A DNA stretch of 64,000 bases from a virus. A program made the position numbers and the translations under genes. Below are positions 21,719 to 30,699 of this stretch, one piece after another. Position 1 is the first letter of the stretch. Every line of letters begins with the position of its first letter. Location of the stretch: IMG/VR virus record IMGVR_UViG_3300021963_007890, positions 32,001 to 96,000 of that record. One strand, written 5' to 3'. Under the pieces are notes generated by a model. That model saw only the letters and a program-made list of their open reading frames with translations. It did no database searches and was not told the DNA's origin.

Positions 21719-21728
21719 ATATTTCATC

Positions 21729-24647
21729 ATGCGTGCCAGTGAATTAGATCCTAAACAACAAGAATTTCAAGAAATGTTCGGTAAATTTCTTGAGGTAGCT
21801 ATAGATGTTCTAAAACTAGATAGTCTTCCTGAATTTCACTTTGAAGCGTTCTTAGATCATCCCGAACAACCTACCTTTGGAATGTATGTCAATGGTGAAA
21901 ATAAATTGTATGTAGGTCTTAGTGGACGCCATCCTAATGATATCTTTAGAACCATAGCACATGAACTAACTCACTACAAGCAAGACACTGAACACATGCT
22001 AGATGCACACAGTGGAGAAACAGGTAGTCCTATTGAAAATCAAGCACACGCTATGGCAGGCATCATCATGCGTCATTTTAATAAACGATATCCTGACTAT
22101 CTTCGCAGTAAGCCTGTGATGGAAGATTTTGATCTAACTGATGAAAGTCTCAAAGGTTTAGCCGCAGCGGGTCTAATAGGTCTAGGCATGTTAGGTGGAC
22201 CCAAAGATGTGGCCAGTGGTAATCTACCGCAGGACCTACAAAAGGCACAACAGCAACATCGTGTTCAAATGGCTAAGAAACCATTAGTTAAAACACAGAC
22301 ATCAAAACCAGCAGCGGCCAAACCTTTGCCCGCCAAAGCAACACCTTTATTAAAGGTAGCCAAGGCCAATGGTATTAAAGGAATAGAACTGGCACAGTTT
22401 CTAGCACAAATGGAACATGAAAGTCTTGACTTTAAGAAGATGAAGGAGTTAGGTAAATCTACCTACTTCAACAAATATGACCCTAAGCATAACCCAAAGT
22501 TAGCAACTAAATTAGGAAACAAATATAAAGGAGACGGCGCACATTTTAGAGGTCGTGGCTTTATACAATTAACAGGTAGAGAAAACTACACACAAGCCAG
22601 TCGTGATATATTCGGTGACGATCGTCTAGTGAAGAAACCTGACCTAGCAGCACAGCCAGATATAGCCGCACGTATCGCGGTTTGGTATTGGACTGATCGT
22701 GTGAAACCTTTGGTCAAAGATTTTTCAGATACTACTCGTGTTACCAAGATTATCAACGGTGGACTAAACGGTCTTGAAGATAGAGAAAATAATTTTAGAG
22801 ACTACATGGCCAGTCTTGGTCTAATGGAAAAGTGGTCAATGAAATATAAAAAGAGCATCAACTGTGCTAATCCCAAAGGATTCAGTCAGCGTGCTCATTG
22901 TCAAGGTCGTAAGAAAACAGAAGATGTAGAACAAGATCCAGGAGATCCTATACCTTTTCCAGCAGGCACTACTTCAGTAGATGTTAGTGATCCCTATGAT
23001 TGGTATAAACTAGGCATGGTAATCAGTGATCTAGATGATGCTAATCCTCAAGCATTTGGACGAGGAGGTCCTAGCACTGTGATTGCCTTTGGCAGTGAAG
23101 ATGAAGAACATAGACTATTACCTCATCTTAAACGACTTGGACTTAAATTACAAGACATAGATAAACCCAGTGACACTAGAAAAATTGTGCCCGCGAAGGC
23201 TGTTTTAGATAAACTGGAAGAAGATTTTAGACTAGATATTATCAAAAATAATCTTCAAGAACTAGGAACTACACAATATAAAGTAACAGAACCTAGAGAT
23301 ATGGTAAATGTTGATTTTAGAACCAAGCAAATCACCTACAAAGTTTTCAAGTTCAAAGTAGATAAGCAGGTATTTCTAATTGTGCTCACTGTAAAAGATC
23401 AGGCAATGCCAGGCGCTAAGAAAAAGGTTCCAACACTAAATGTGGCTTTTGGTAGGCAAGATAAAAACGGGTGGGATGTTGACGATATTGACACTAACCT
23501 AACTGGTGACAATCAAAATCAATTTCAAATCTATTCTACTGTGATCAAGGCCATACAAAAGTTTATTACTCAACTGAACCCTAATGTAGCACAAATTATA
23601 ATAAAAGGAGACAATGAGAGACAACAGGTGATGTATGATAGATTTTTTAACTCACGCTATTTAGAGAAATTCTTTCCAGGTTGGCAATTAAACCCAACAA
23701 CTAAAACTCTAATAAAAAATCAAAGTCAGAATCTGAAAGAACTTTTGGACCCTAAACTAGCCGTAGATCTTGAATGGGCAGAGGGTAGTGACTATATTGC
23801 GGCTAGAGGTTATGTCACAGTGACAGATCAATATGGCAACAAAGAAGATGAAGAATTAGAAGTAGAATTCGGGGAATTTCCACACAGAAATCGCAAAGAA
23901 TACGAAGTTCAATTTAAAGTAGGCGATAGTTATGATATAACAGGTGGTGGCAACGCTAATGTGATTTTTGCCACGGTTAGACAGGCTTGTAAAGATTTCG
24001 TGGAAATGTATAACCCAGATCGATTATTCTTCACAGCAAAAGAGCAGTCCAGAGCAAGAATGTATGACACCATAACTAAACGTGTGGCCAAGGAAGTAGG
24101 CTGGCACGTTATACCATTTGATGAAATACAAAAGGATCCATTGTATAGGAATAGGAGTGATAACGGGTTTGTGTTTGTCATACAAAAAGGTCAAGCACCT
24201 GAAAAATGGTCCAGTAGTCAAAAGCCACAACACGGTAGTTTTATGCCTATCTGGTTTGTGTATAATGTAGATAAAGATACACCTACTGTGGCAGTTAAGG
24301 TTAGGGCTCCAAATAGAGAGACTGCTGTTCAGCACGCTATGAAAATAGAACCCAGTTTTAAAGATTTGGATTTGATGCAGATACATGCCTTGAACAGCCT
24401 ACCCAAGCGTGAAGTCACTGCGGTAAAGGATGGCGGCACAGCAGAAGATCCTAGTAAGGTAGGAGAAAACTTTGCTGATGGTCGTAACCCACAGGACAAA
24501 GGCGATAGTGGTAGACACGGCATTAAAAAAGGTATTACAATAGCACAACTAAAAAAGATTAGATCCAGTGACTCAGCCAGTCCGAGAAAGAAACAACTGG
24601 CGCATTGGCAGATCAATATGAGACAGGGGCGTAGTAAAAAAGGATAA
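21729..24647 (+). CDS. Multi-module putative internal head polyprotein: HExxH zincin-like domain, GH19 lysozyme/chitinase, and several unknown modules
   Basis: IAHELTH motif. GH19 motifs AQFLAQMEHES, FRGRGFIQLTGRENY, VTKIINGGLNGLEDR. Modules are separated by hydrophobic-X-E motifs. Confidence 0.75.
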   Translation: MRASELDPKQQEFQEMFGKFLEVAIDVLKLDSLPEFHFEAFLDHPEQPTFGMYVNGENKLYVGLSGRHPNDIFRTIAHELTHYKQDTEHMLDAHSGETGSPIENQAHAMAGIIMRHFNKRYPDYLRSKPVMEDFDLTDESLKGLAAAGLIGLGMLGGPKDVASGNLPQDLQKAQQQHRVQMAKKPLVKTQTSKPAAAKPLPAKATPLLKVAKANGIKGIELAQFLAQMEHESLDFKKMKELGKSTYFNKYDPKHNPKLATKLGNKYKGDGAHFRGRGFIQLTGRENYTQASRDIFGDDRLVKKPDLAAQPDIAARIAVWYWTDRVKPLVKDFSDTTRVTKIINGGLNGLEDRENNFRDYMASLGLMEKWSMKYKKSINCANPKGFSQRAHCQGRKKTEDVEQDPGDPIPFPAGTTSVDVSDPYDWYKLGMVISDLDDANPQAFGRGGPSTVIAFGSEDEEHRLLPHLKRLGLKLQDIDKPSDTRKIVPAKAVLDKLEEDFRLDIIKNNLQELGTTQYKVTEPRDMVNVDFRTKQITYKVFKFKVDKQVFLIVLTVKDQAMPGAKKKVPTLNVAFGRQDKNGWDVDDIDTNLTGDNQNQFQIYSTVIKAIQKFITQLNPNVAQIIIKGDNERQQVMYDRFFNSRYLEKFFPGWQLNPTTKTLIKNQSQNLKELLDPKLAVDLEWAEGSDYIAARGYVTVTDQYGNKEDEELEVEFGEFPHRNRKEYEVQFKVGDSYDITGGGNANVIFATVRQACKDFVEMYNPDRLFFTAKEQSRARMYDTITKRVAKEVGWHVIPFDEIQKDPLYRNRSDNGFVFVIQKGQAPEKWSSSQKPQHGSFMPIWFVYNVDKDTPTVAVKVRAPNRETAVQHAMKIEPSFKDLDLMQIHALNSLPKREVTAVKDGGTAEDPSKVGENFADGRNPQDKGDSGRHGIKKGITIAQLKKIRSSDSASPRKKQLAHWQINMRQGRSKKG

Positions 24648-24649
24648 CG

Positions 24650-24862
24650 ATGTTTCTAAATACAATCGCAGCAATTTTTATTATATACGCAATTTTAATT
24701 TTATTTTCAACCAAAGACGGAATTAGCAAACAAGTAAGACAAGCCCTAGGCCCCGAAGATTTAGAAAGACTTCAAACTGAACTAGACTATCGTGAATATT
24801 GGGCGGTATTATTACTCTTATTCGGTTTATTAATATTATTACCTAAATTAATAATGTGGTAA
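24650..24862 (+). CDS. Small membrane protein (2 TM)
   Basis: 70 aa with two hydrophobic stretches. Confidence 0.55.
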   Translation: MFLNTIAAIFIIYAILILFSTKDGISKQVRQALGPEDLERLQTELDYREYWAVLLLLFGLLILLPKLIMW

Positions 24863-24885
24863 AAAAAAGGACCCTAAGGTCCTTT
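24861..24885. terminator. Terminator between convergent genes (U-tract on the minus strand)
   Basis: AAAAAAAAGGACC-ctaa-GGTCCTTT. Confidence 0.75.
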
Positions 24886-24905
24886 AAATCTCTATGAGAT
24901 AGATT

Positions 24906-25190
24906 TTATTTCCTACCACCTGCTGCATTAACAAATTGATACATCTTTTCAGCAGTCTCTAGAACTTTATCAAGTCCTGGAAATTCAGGCATAGAAACTG
25001 TGCTGACAATTTGTCCAGTTTTTTCATCACGCTTGGCTGACAATTCCCAACCTTGGAATTTAGTATGAAATTCTGTTTGAACTAGGTCCTTGGCCATACC
25101 TAAGATTTCTGTGCGGATTTCATATCCGTTCTTATTAAATTTTACTTCAGGTAATTTTATTTCTGGTAAAATTGGTTGACTGTTTGACAT
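24906..25190 (-). CDS. Conserved phage hypothetical protein
   Basis: 94 aa (KNGYEIRTEILGMAKD...VLETAEKMYQFV) with strong SD AAGGAG and a CA-rich leader. Confidence 0.75.
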   Translation of the reverse strand: MSNSQPILPEIKLPEVKFNKNGYEIRTEILGMAKDLVQTEFHTKFQGWELSAKRDEKTGQIVSTVSMPEFPGLDKVLETAEKMYQFVNAAGGRK

Positions 25191-25223
25191 ATTTTTCTCC
25201 TTTGTGTATGTGTATGTCTTATA

Positions 25224-25514
25224 TTAGGATTTTTGTGCTGCACGACTCTGCGAAGACCAGGCATCCCAACCTGCCTTGAACCAGTCAATACTAAAAGGAT
25301 TGACTAATTTTTCTACTTTGGTATGTAATATTTCTCTGCCACATGTTGAAATAATATTGCTTGTGGCTTCTACGGCACTGTGCAAAAATTTAGTTTGAGC
25401 ATCAATATAGATAATCATATCTGCTTTGATATCTTGATGACGTACATATTTTTCTACAAATTGCCTCTTAGCATTTTGCACGCTGTCGATGAACAGTAAA
25501 GGTTGATTAAACAT
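25224..25514 (-). CDS. Hypothetical helical protein, possibly phasin-like
   Basis: 96 aa, amphipathic helical pattern (FIDSVQNAKRQFVEKYV...YIDAQTKF). SD GGGAG. Confidence 0.55.
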   Translation of the reverse strand: MFNQPLLFIDSVQNAKRQFVEKYVRHQDIKADMIIYIDAQTKFLHSAVEATSNIISTCGREILHTKVEKLVNPFSIDWFKAGWDAWSSQSRAAQKS

Positions 25515-25543
25515 AATTGTCTCCCTGTCTGTATTATAAAACG

Positions 25544-25699
25544 TTATTTATTAATGTCAATAGGTCTGGGAATAAAATTTATTCTTGTAAAATCCCATTC
25601 CTCACCAAGTACAGTCTTTCTTTCTAACATTTCATCAATTGCTACAATGCCTAATAAAAACACTAGAAATCCTAGTGCTGCGATTAATTCGAATTCCAT
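25544..25699 (-). CDS. Small membrane protein (51 aa)
   Basis: ATG at 25699 follows SD AGGAGA. N-terminal hydrophobic helix. Confidence 0.5.
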   Translation of the reverse strand: MEFELIAALGFLVFLLGIVAIDEMLERKTVLGEEWDFTRINFIPRPIDINK

Positions 25700-25707
25700 A
25701 AATTCTC

Positions 25708-25839
25708 CTAAGTATTTACTAACCAGTTTATAACATTTAGAAAACAGAATAATGGGCCTAACATTAGAAATATAATGATAGCCCACATCTTCTTATCGAA
25801 GTTTTTATAGTCCTTTTCACCTTCCATCCATTCTGTCAT
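25708..25839 (-). CDS. Small membrane protein (43 aa; below the ORF-track cutoff)
   Basis: MTEWMEGEKDYKNFDKKMWAIIIFLMLGPLFCFLNVINWLVNT. Tightly packed with its neighbours. Confidence 0.45.
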   Translation of the reverse strand: MTEWMEGEKDYKNFDKKMWAIIIFLMLGPLFCFLNVINWLVNT

Positions 25840-25840
25840 A

Positions 25841-25948
25841 TCAGCGGCCCATTAATTTTACCGCACTTTGCCATTTACCTCTACGTGTCAAATGGCTAGC
25901 TACTAGACCTGTACACCAAACTTCATATAATATTTTTATTAAATTCAT
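25841..25948 (-). CDS. Small protein (35 aa)
   Basis: MNLIKILYEVWCTGLVASHLTRRGKWQSAVKLMGR. ATGA overlap with the upstream ORF. Confidence 0.45.
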   Translation of the reverse strand: MNLIKILYEVWCTGLVASHLTRRGKWQSAVKLMGR

Positions 25949-26058
25949 TGCCATGCTCCTGGGTTGCGAGTGCTTAGGTATCTACGGGCACGAGCCTGGC
26001 CGCTGCGCTCTAGGGCGAGAAAAATTTTATGAAATACAGCTAAGATATAACTTATCAT
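25945..26058 (-). CDS. Small basic protein (37 aa)
   Basis: MISYILAVFHKIFLALERSGQARARRYLSTRNPGAWQ. Starts 1 nt after the upstream stop. Confidence 0.45.
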   Translation of the reverse strand: MISYILAVFHKIFLALERSGQARARRYLSTRNPGAWQ

Positions 26059-26059
26059 A

Positions 26060-26232
26060 TTAAAAGTCCTTATGGGATTTGTATTCAAACTCTTTGATAT
26101 GATTATCAAGAGTCGCAGCATCGGTAATGCTTTTTGTGCTTAGGTATGTTTCTAAACGGCTTTGGTATCCATCTTTTGGAAACATCTCTGCCAGTCGCTC
26201 AAGGTATTGAGCATAATAGTTGATATAGACAT
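26060..26232 (-). pseudogene. Small DUF3563-like gene with an apparent frameshift
   Basis: SD AGGAGA + ATG at 26232 (MSISTIMLN...) is out of frame with the body LERLAEMFP...RLETYLSTKSITDAATLDNHIKEFE, which ends at 26060. Confidence 0.45.
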
Positions 26233-26355
26233 TGCTTATATTTCTCCTATATGTATATGTGTATATGATTATATTTAGTATTATATTGTGCGACGCCGCA
26301 ATAACAAATGATTTTGAAAAGTTTTTTTCAAATAAATAGTTCATAGGAAACTTAG

Positions 26356-26604
26356 ATGAAAAAGACCACGAAAAGTTTAATGGAAGAGCTCAACAGCATT
26401 GCTGCCAAAAAAGACAATAATGCTGTGATAGAATCTAGAGCTACTCATGTTATTAACAGTGCTATAAACTTACTTTCTTCACTGAAAGAAAACTTTCCAA
26501 TTGAACAAGCGCAAGAGCTTGAAAGACGTTTTTTGAATAGTATAAAATCTTCTGATCCGGCTAAATTTACAAGAGGTATAAGAAAATACAGAGATAGTAA
26601 ATGA
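26356..26604 (+). CDS. Conserved phage hypothetical protein
   Basis: 82 aa with TAAATA at 26333 upstream. Confidence 0.7.
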   Translation: MKKTTKSLMEELNSIAAKKDNNAVIESRATHVINSAINLLSSLKENFPIEQAQELERRFLNSIKSSDPAKFTRGIRKYRDSK

Positions 26605-26689
26605 TCCTGTAAACCATAAATTTATTTTTTTATAATAAATAAAAACATATTAGTGTGCATTTACACTTATAGATTTAGGAGAAATTAAA

Positions 26690-27100
26690 ATGCCAAGTAT
26701 TGTTAAAAAGAATGAAGCTGTAGTTTTACCTGCATTTAAGAATGGTGTCAGTCTACAGTTTTTTAAAGTTACATTCCCAAGTGACGTTAGTGCTAAACTA
26801 ACAGCCGTTTCAACATCTGGTGTAAGAAGCCCTGTAGCACAAGCTATTGAGGCTATCCAGGCTCGTGTTAGTGTTGAAGTAATGGCTCCGTTACAGACAG
26901 GCGGTACTGTTCTTCCAATCGCTGTAGCAGCCATCGGTGGTGATTATCCTACAGATAATTATGATGGTACAGCAGGAACAGAATCAATGGCTGCTTATCT
27001 ACAGAGCGTTGTTCAGGCAGCAGGTACAGTAACTGGTGCATTACAGGGTGTAGCGAACACAGCTACAACTGTTACAGGTGGTTGGCCCACAATTGCCTAA
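26690..27100 (+). CDS. Probable abundant virion structural protein
   Basis: 136 aa, Ala/Val/Thr/Gly-rich. Has its own late promoter (26636), SD AGGAG and terminator. Confidence 0.6.
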   Translation: MPSIVKKNEAVVLPAFKNGVSLQFFKVTFPSDVSAKLTAVSTSGVRSPVAQAIEAIQARVSVEVMAPLQTGGTVLPIAVAAIGGDYPTDNYDGTAGTESMAAYLQSVVQAAGTVTGALQGVANTATTVTGGWPTIA

Positions 27101-27117
27101 TTAGTTATTAGGAAATC

Positions 27118-27143
27118 AAAAGCGGCTTCGGCCGCTTTTTTTT
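27118..27143 (+). terminator. Rho-independent terminator with cUUCGg tetraloop
   Basis: AAAAGCGGC-TTCG-GCCGCTTTTTTTT. Confidence 0.9.
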
Positions 27144-27145
27144 GC

Positions 27146-27153
27146 TATAAATA
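27146..27153 (+). promoter_or_regulatory. Late promoter TATAAATA (second TAAATA at 27158-27163)
   Basis: Consensus match directly after the terminator. Confidence 0.7.
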
Positions 27154-27173
27154 TCTTTAAATAGGTAGTTAAT

Positions 27174-27599
27174 ATGAAGATAATTGAAATCCAAACTCTA
27201 ATTGACATCACAAATACTAAAGTTAATAGACCAAGAAAAGATTTTTTAAAGGAATATGATCAATTTAAAAATTTTGTCACTTTGAAACAATGTTTAGAAC
27301 TTCGTTCAATTATAAATTATCAAACTGATCCAGTAGTAGAAACTAAAGATGTTAAAAATTTAGATTTTGGTTCTAAATTTAAAGGAAAACATAATGTATG
27401 GACATTTAGATTTAGTCCTGATAGATCGGGTGTATACTCCGATGGTATTTCCGAAATTGGATTATTAGTGGAAGATATTCATGAAGTACCATTCATTCAA
27501 AATCTTACAGAAACGATAAATATTGCTAGGCCGGTCTTTGATTTAAAAGATACCGAGTCTAAAAATACAATCATCAAGGCATACGAAGGCTCAATTTAG
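27174..27599 (+). CDS. Conserved phage hypothetical protein
   Basis: 141 aa (TLIDITNT...NFVTLKQCLELRS). Confidence 0.7.
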   Translation: MKIIEIQTLIDITNTKVNRPRKDFLKEYDQFKNFVTLKQCLELRSIINYQTDPVVETKDVKNLDFGSKFKGKHNVWTFRFSPDRSGVYSDGISEIGLLVEDIHEVPFIQNLTETINIARPVFDLKDTESKNTIIKAYEGSI

Positions 27600-27644
27600 G
27601 CACATAAATTCTTGTTTGACAATTTATTAGGAGATCTTCGGAGT

Positions 27645-27872
27645 ATGGCCAGCGATATAGAAAAAGCCAATCTAGAGGCACATGTTGAATTATGTGCAGA
27701 AAGATATAAATCATTAGAATCTAGATTAGATGCTATAGAATTAAAGGTAGGCGACCTATCAAAAACTATAAAAGATAGTCATCTCAGTACCATTAAGGTT
27801 TTAATTGGCACGGCAGGAACAGTTGTAGCTAGTGTGTTAGGTTTAGTTGTAGTGATGATTCAAAAATTATGA
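27645..27872 (+). CDS. Coiled-coil protein with C-terminal TM helix
   Basis: LEAHVELCAERY coiled coil and hydrophobic C-terminus. ATG at 27645 follows GGAG. Confidence 0.6.
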   Translation: MASDIEKANLEAHVELCAERYKSLESRLDAIELKVGDLSKTIKDSHLSTIKVLIGTAGTVVASVLGLVVVMIQKL

Positions 27873-28267
27873 GAATTTTTGAACTTTTGGAACAAACCAT
27901 AGGAACAACTGGATCATCTACAGGCCAGATGAGCACTGTTCAACCTGTTAGTAATAAACCAAGTGATCAGCCAGCCACTGCTACAAGTCCAAAAGACAAA
28001 TCTCCAACAATAGATCCTAAACAACAGCAGCAACTTGATAATTTATTAAAACAAAATCAAATTAATGTTAAAAGCTCAGATGATTTTCTTAGAGCGTTTG
28101 ATGCCATCCAACAAAAAACAGATATCAATAAGCTGCCTCCAGAACAACAAAAGGCTATAAGTGATTATACAAAAGCAACTATTACTAAGCCAGGATTACC
28201 TACTCAGATGAACATGTTGATGAAATCAGCTATTACTTCTAAACCCGCAGTAAATCCTAAAGTATAA
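27869..28267 (+). CDS. Hypothetical protein, putative internal head protein
   Basis: N-terminus MRIFELLE followed by low-complexity Q/P/T sequence. Confidence 0.6.
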   Translation: MRIFELLEQTIGTTGSSTGQMSTVQPVSNKPSDQPATATSPKDKSPTIDPKQQQQLDNLLKQNQINVKSSDDFLRAFDAIQQKTDINKLPPEQQKAISDYTKATITKPGLPTQMNMLMKSAITSKPAVNPKV

Positions 28268-28268
28268 T

Positions 28269-28730
28269 ATGGTTATATCTGATTCGCTGTTACAAAAATT
28301 ATTTTTGCTGAATAATGAGGTACAGAAATCCTTAAAAAAGAAAGGATTTAATTCGGCAAAAAAGTTAGAAGATGGCTCTATACAGGTAGGGAAATTTACT
28401 ATTAAGAAATGTAATAATGGGTTTTTTTCTGTGCTAGATCAAAATCATTATATAATACTTGATAAGATTAATTTACCTCATACAGCAGCAATTCTTGCGA
28501 ATAAACTAGCATGTGGAAAATGGACTGATAGAGAAATTTTAGATCTAGATAGAAAATATGGACACTATAGTTTTGTAGAAGAACTTTACACAGAACAAAT
28601 GAAAAAATCTAAAAAAGACTATGACAAACTGGACATCCTTAGTGAAAAACAAAAAATAGCTAGAATTAAAAAAGCCATGTATAAAAAACAGATCCAAATT
28701 GGATTTGATAAACTTTTAAAAATAGCATAA
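28269..28730 (+). CDS. Hypothetical protein
   Basis: 153-aa ORF, Lys-rich, in operon. Confidence 0.65.
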   Translation: MVISDSLLQKLFLLNNEVQKSLKKKGFNSAKKLEDGSIQVGKFTIKKCNNGFFSVLDQNHYIILDKINLPHTAAILANKLACGKWTDREILDLDRKYGHYSFVEELYTEQMKKSKKDYDKLDILSEKQKIARIKKAMYKKQIQIGFDKLLKIA

Positions 28731-28757
28731 ATAAAACTATAAAATTTGGATGTTTCT

Positions 28758-30323
28758 ATGAAAACAAGTGATTTTAAAAAAAAATTAACCAGTAAGGCTC
28801 TTTTAGAAAACATCTCTCGCCAATTTAATATCAAGTTAAATCTTGATGGTTATAACAGAGAGCAATTAGAAGATTATAGAAATAAGTTGAGAACTAGAGT
28901 ATTTCAACAAGAAAACAATTCAGCTATAAATTCATTACTTACAGATGAAACATACCAGAAAGATAAAGCAATGCTGGAATTGCTAAACACAAGGATTAAA
29001 GAAATGCTAGGCGAAGATCTTAAAAAACTTAGAGATAAAATTGATGCTTTGGAAGAAGCGAAAAAAGGTGTTAGAGCACCAAAATATACCAAGAAAGCAA
29101 AAGGTGCTGATGATGGTAACCTAGCCAATAACTATCCTCCGTTTGATAAAGTTACCAGAGGCGATGTAATTGCCGGTGCTACTGGTAAAGATCAAAAAGG
29201 TGGAAAGAAGAAAGATGTAAAAGCAGACGAAGGTCGTCGCATTGCAGGCAAAGGTTACGATAATCCTGAACACGATAGTAAACCGCCAGAGGGTAAAGTT
29301 CCCTTTACCAGTTTTCATCAAGGCAAGCAAGGTGATCAGGCCGCAAGACTACATGCTACACAGGTTAAAGGTAAGTTGGTCAAGGGCAAGGCACAGAGCG
29401 CAAAACAAGATGAGCCAGGTGTAAAAGAAGAAAAGTTCGATCCGTTAAAGCATGTTAAAAATCCTACACCAGGTGAAAAGAAGGCTGCTAAGGATGTTAA
29501 GCGTAGTAGCTATGCTGATCGTGCCGCAATGTTAAGATCAGCCGAAAAAGATGGACGCTTAAAAGAAGCAGATGACAAGTGTAATCATACACCAAAAGGT
29601 AAGAAATGTCCAGTACATGGTCTAAAAGAGTGTGGCACAATGGAAGGCAAGGACGAAGGTAAGCCAGGTAAGAACTTTGCTAAGATTGCTAAGAAAGCAG
29701 GCGAAAAGTATGGCAGCAAGGCAGCAGGTGAGCGTGTAGCAGGTGCTGTTCGTCAAAAATTAAAGAAGGCTGGTAAATTAGAAGAAGCTAATCTAGTCTT
29801 CAAACGTAATGTTCGTACAGTAAATGAAAGTCTTGCTTATCTATTAAGCGAGGATGAGGAAGGTAAGGCCAAAGCTATCACAGCCGCAGGTGATATGGTA
29901 AATGATTATACAAGCTGGATGCAGCGTGTTGGCCAATACCAAACTAAGAGTATGATTGAACTTGCTGATGCTATCCGTGCTGACTTTGGACCTGCCGAAG
30001 CAGAGGCATTTAAGCAGGCTGTAGGCCCAGCGTTAAGTGCTACATTAGAAGTTCTTACTCAACAACGTGAAGCAATTTCAAATGCTGTAGCAGCACTGGC
30101 AGGAGAACAAATGCCTACAGAGCCGATGGGCATGGACACAGGTATGGAACCAGATATGGATGCTGCGGCTCCAGATATGATGAATGAACCTGCTGCCGAT
30201 GAGTTTGGTGCTGCTGATGCTGCTGCGGGTGGTCCTGAGGCTGCTGGTCGTGAAATGCGTGAAAGTAAGTTTGCTCGCAAAATAGCAGAATCTCATAGCA
30301 TAATTACCAAACTAGCAAAATGA
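28758..30323 (+). CDS. Putative prohead core/scaffold-like protein
   Basis: Highly charged, helical, with an acidic Met/Pro/Ala-rich tail and many L/M/V-X-E sites. Late promoter at 28728; ATG at 28758. Confidence 0.55.
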   Translation: MKTSDFKKKLTSKALLENISRQFNIKLNLDGYNREQLEDYRNKLRTRVFQQENNSAINSLLTDETYQKDKAMLELLNTRIKEMLGEDLKKLRDKIDALEEAKKGVRAPKYTKKAKGADDGNLANNYPPFDKVTRGDVIAGATGKDQKGGKKKDVKADEGRRIAGKGYDNPEHDSKPPEGKVPFTSFHQGKQGDQAARLHATQVKGKLVKGKAQSAKQDEPGVKEEKFDPLKHVKNPTPGEKKAAKDVKRSSYADRAAMLRSAEKDGRLKEADDKCNHTPKGKKCPVHGLKECGTMEGKDEGKPGKNFAKIAKKAGEKYGSKAAGERVAGAVRQKLKKAGKLEEANLVFKRNVRTVNESLAYLLSEDEEGKAKAITAAGDMVNDYTSWMQRVGQYQTKSMIELADAIRADFGPAEAEAFKQAVGPALSATLEVLTQQREAISNAVAALAGEQMPTEPMGMDTGMEPDMDAAAPDMMNEPAADEFGAADAAAGGPEAAGREMRESKFARKIAESHSIITKLAK

Positions 30324-30667
30324 AAATAAAGGAACTTTTTGAAGACCCGAGTTATGATATCGGGTCTCTTAGAAGTGCCTTGGCTGTCAGGCAGGGACAG
30401 GTTAAAAAAAGTGGTGCCTCTAAAGAACTTCCCCTTGCTGTGATAAAAGATATAGCAAGAGATCTTGGATTTTCTATCACAGATCTTGATACATTAAAAG
30501 CATTCAAAGATAAAATTGATCCCACAGGTGATGTTTTTGATATCACGGACAAAGGCACAATTATTCTAAATAAACCAGAATCAGCTATGATGCCTGGTAA
30601 AGGTGCAGGCCCTAGTGTAGATGCAATGGCCGCAAGCAACAGCAAAACACTATCTCCAAAAATTTGA
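30320..30667 (+). CDS. Hypothetical protein, putative internal head protein
   Basis: N-terminus MKIKELFE. Confidence 0.6.
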   Translation: MKIKELFEDPSYDIGSLRSALAVRQGQVKKSGASKELPLAVIKDIARDLGFSITDLDTLKAFKDKIDPTGDVFDITDKGTIILNKPESAMMPGKGAGPSVDAMAASNSKTLSPKI

Positions 30668-30692
30668 CTTAGGTAATTAGGACTAGTATAAT
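30664..30692 (+). promoter_or_regulatory. Sigma70-type promoter TTGACT-N17-TATAAT
   Basis: Near-consensus -35/-10 with 17-nt spacer, 7 nt before the ATG at 30700. Confidence 0.8.
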
Positions 30693-30699
30693 TAGCAGT

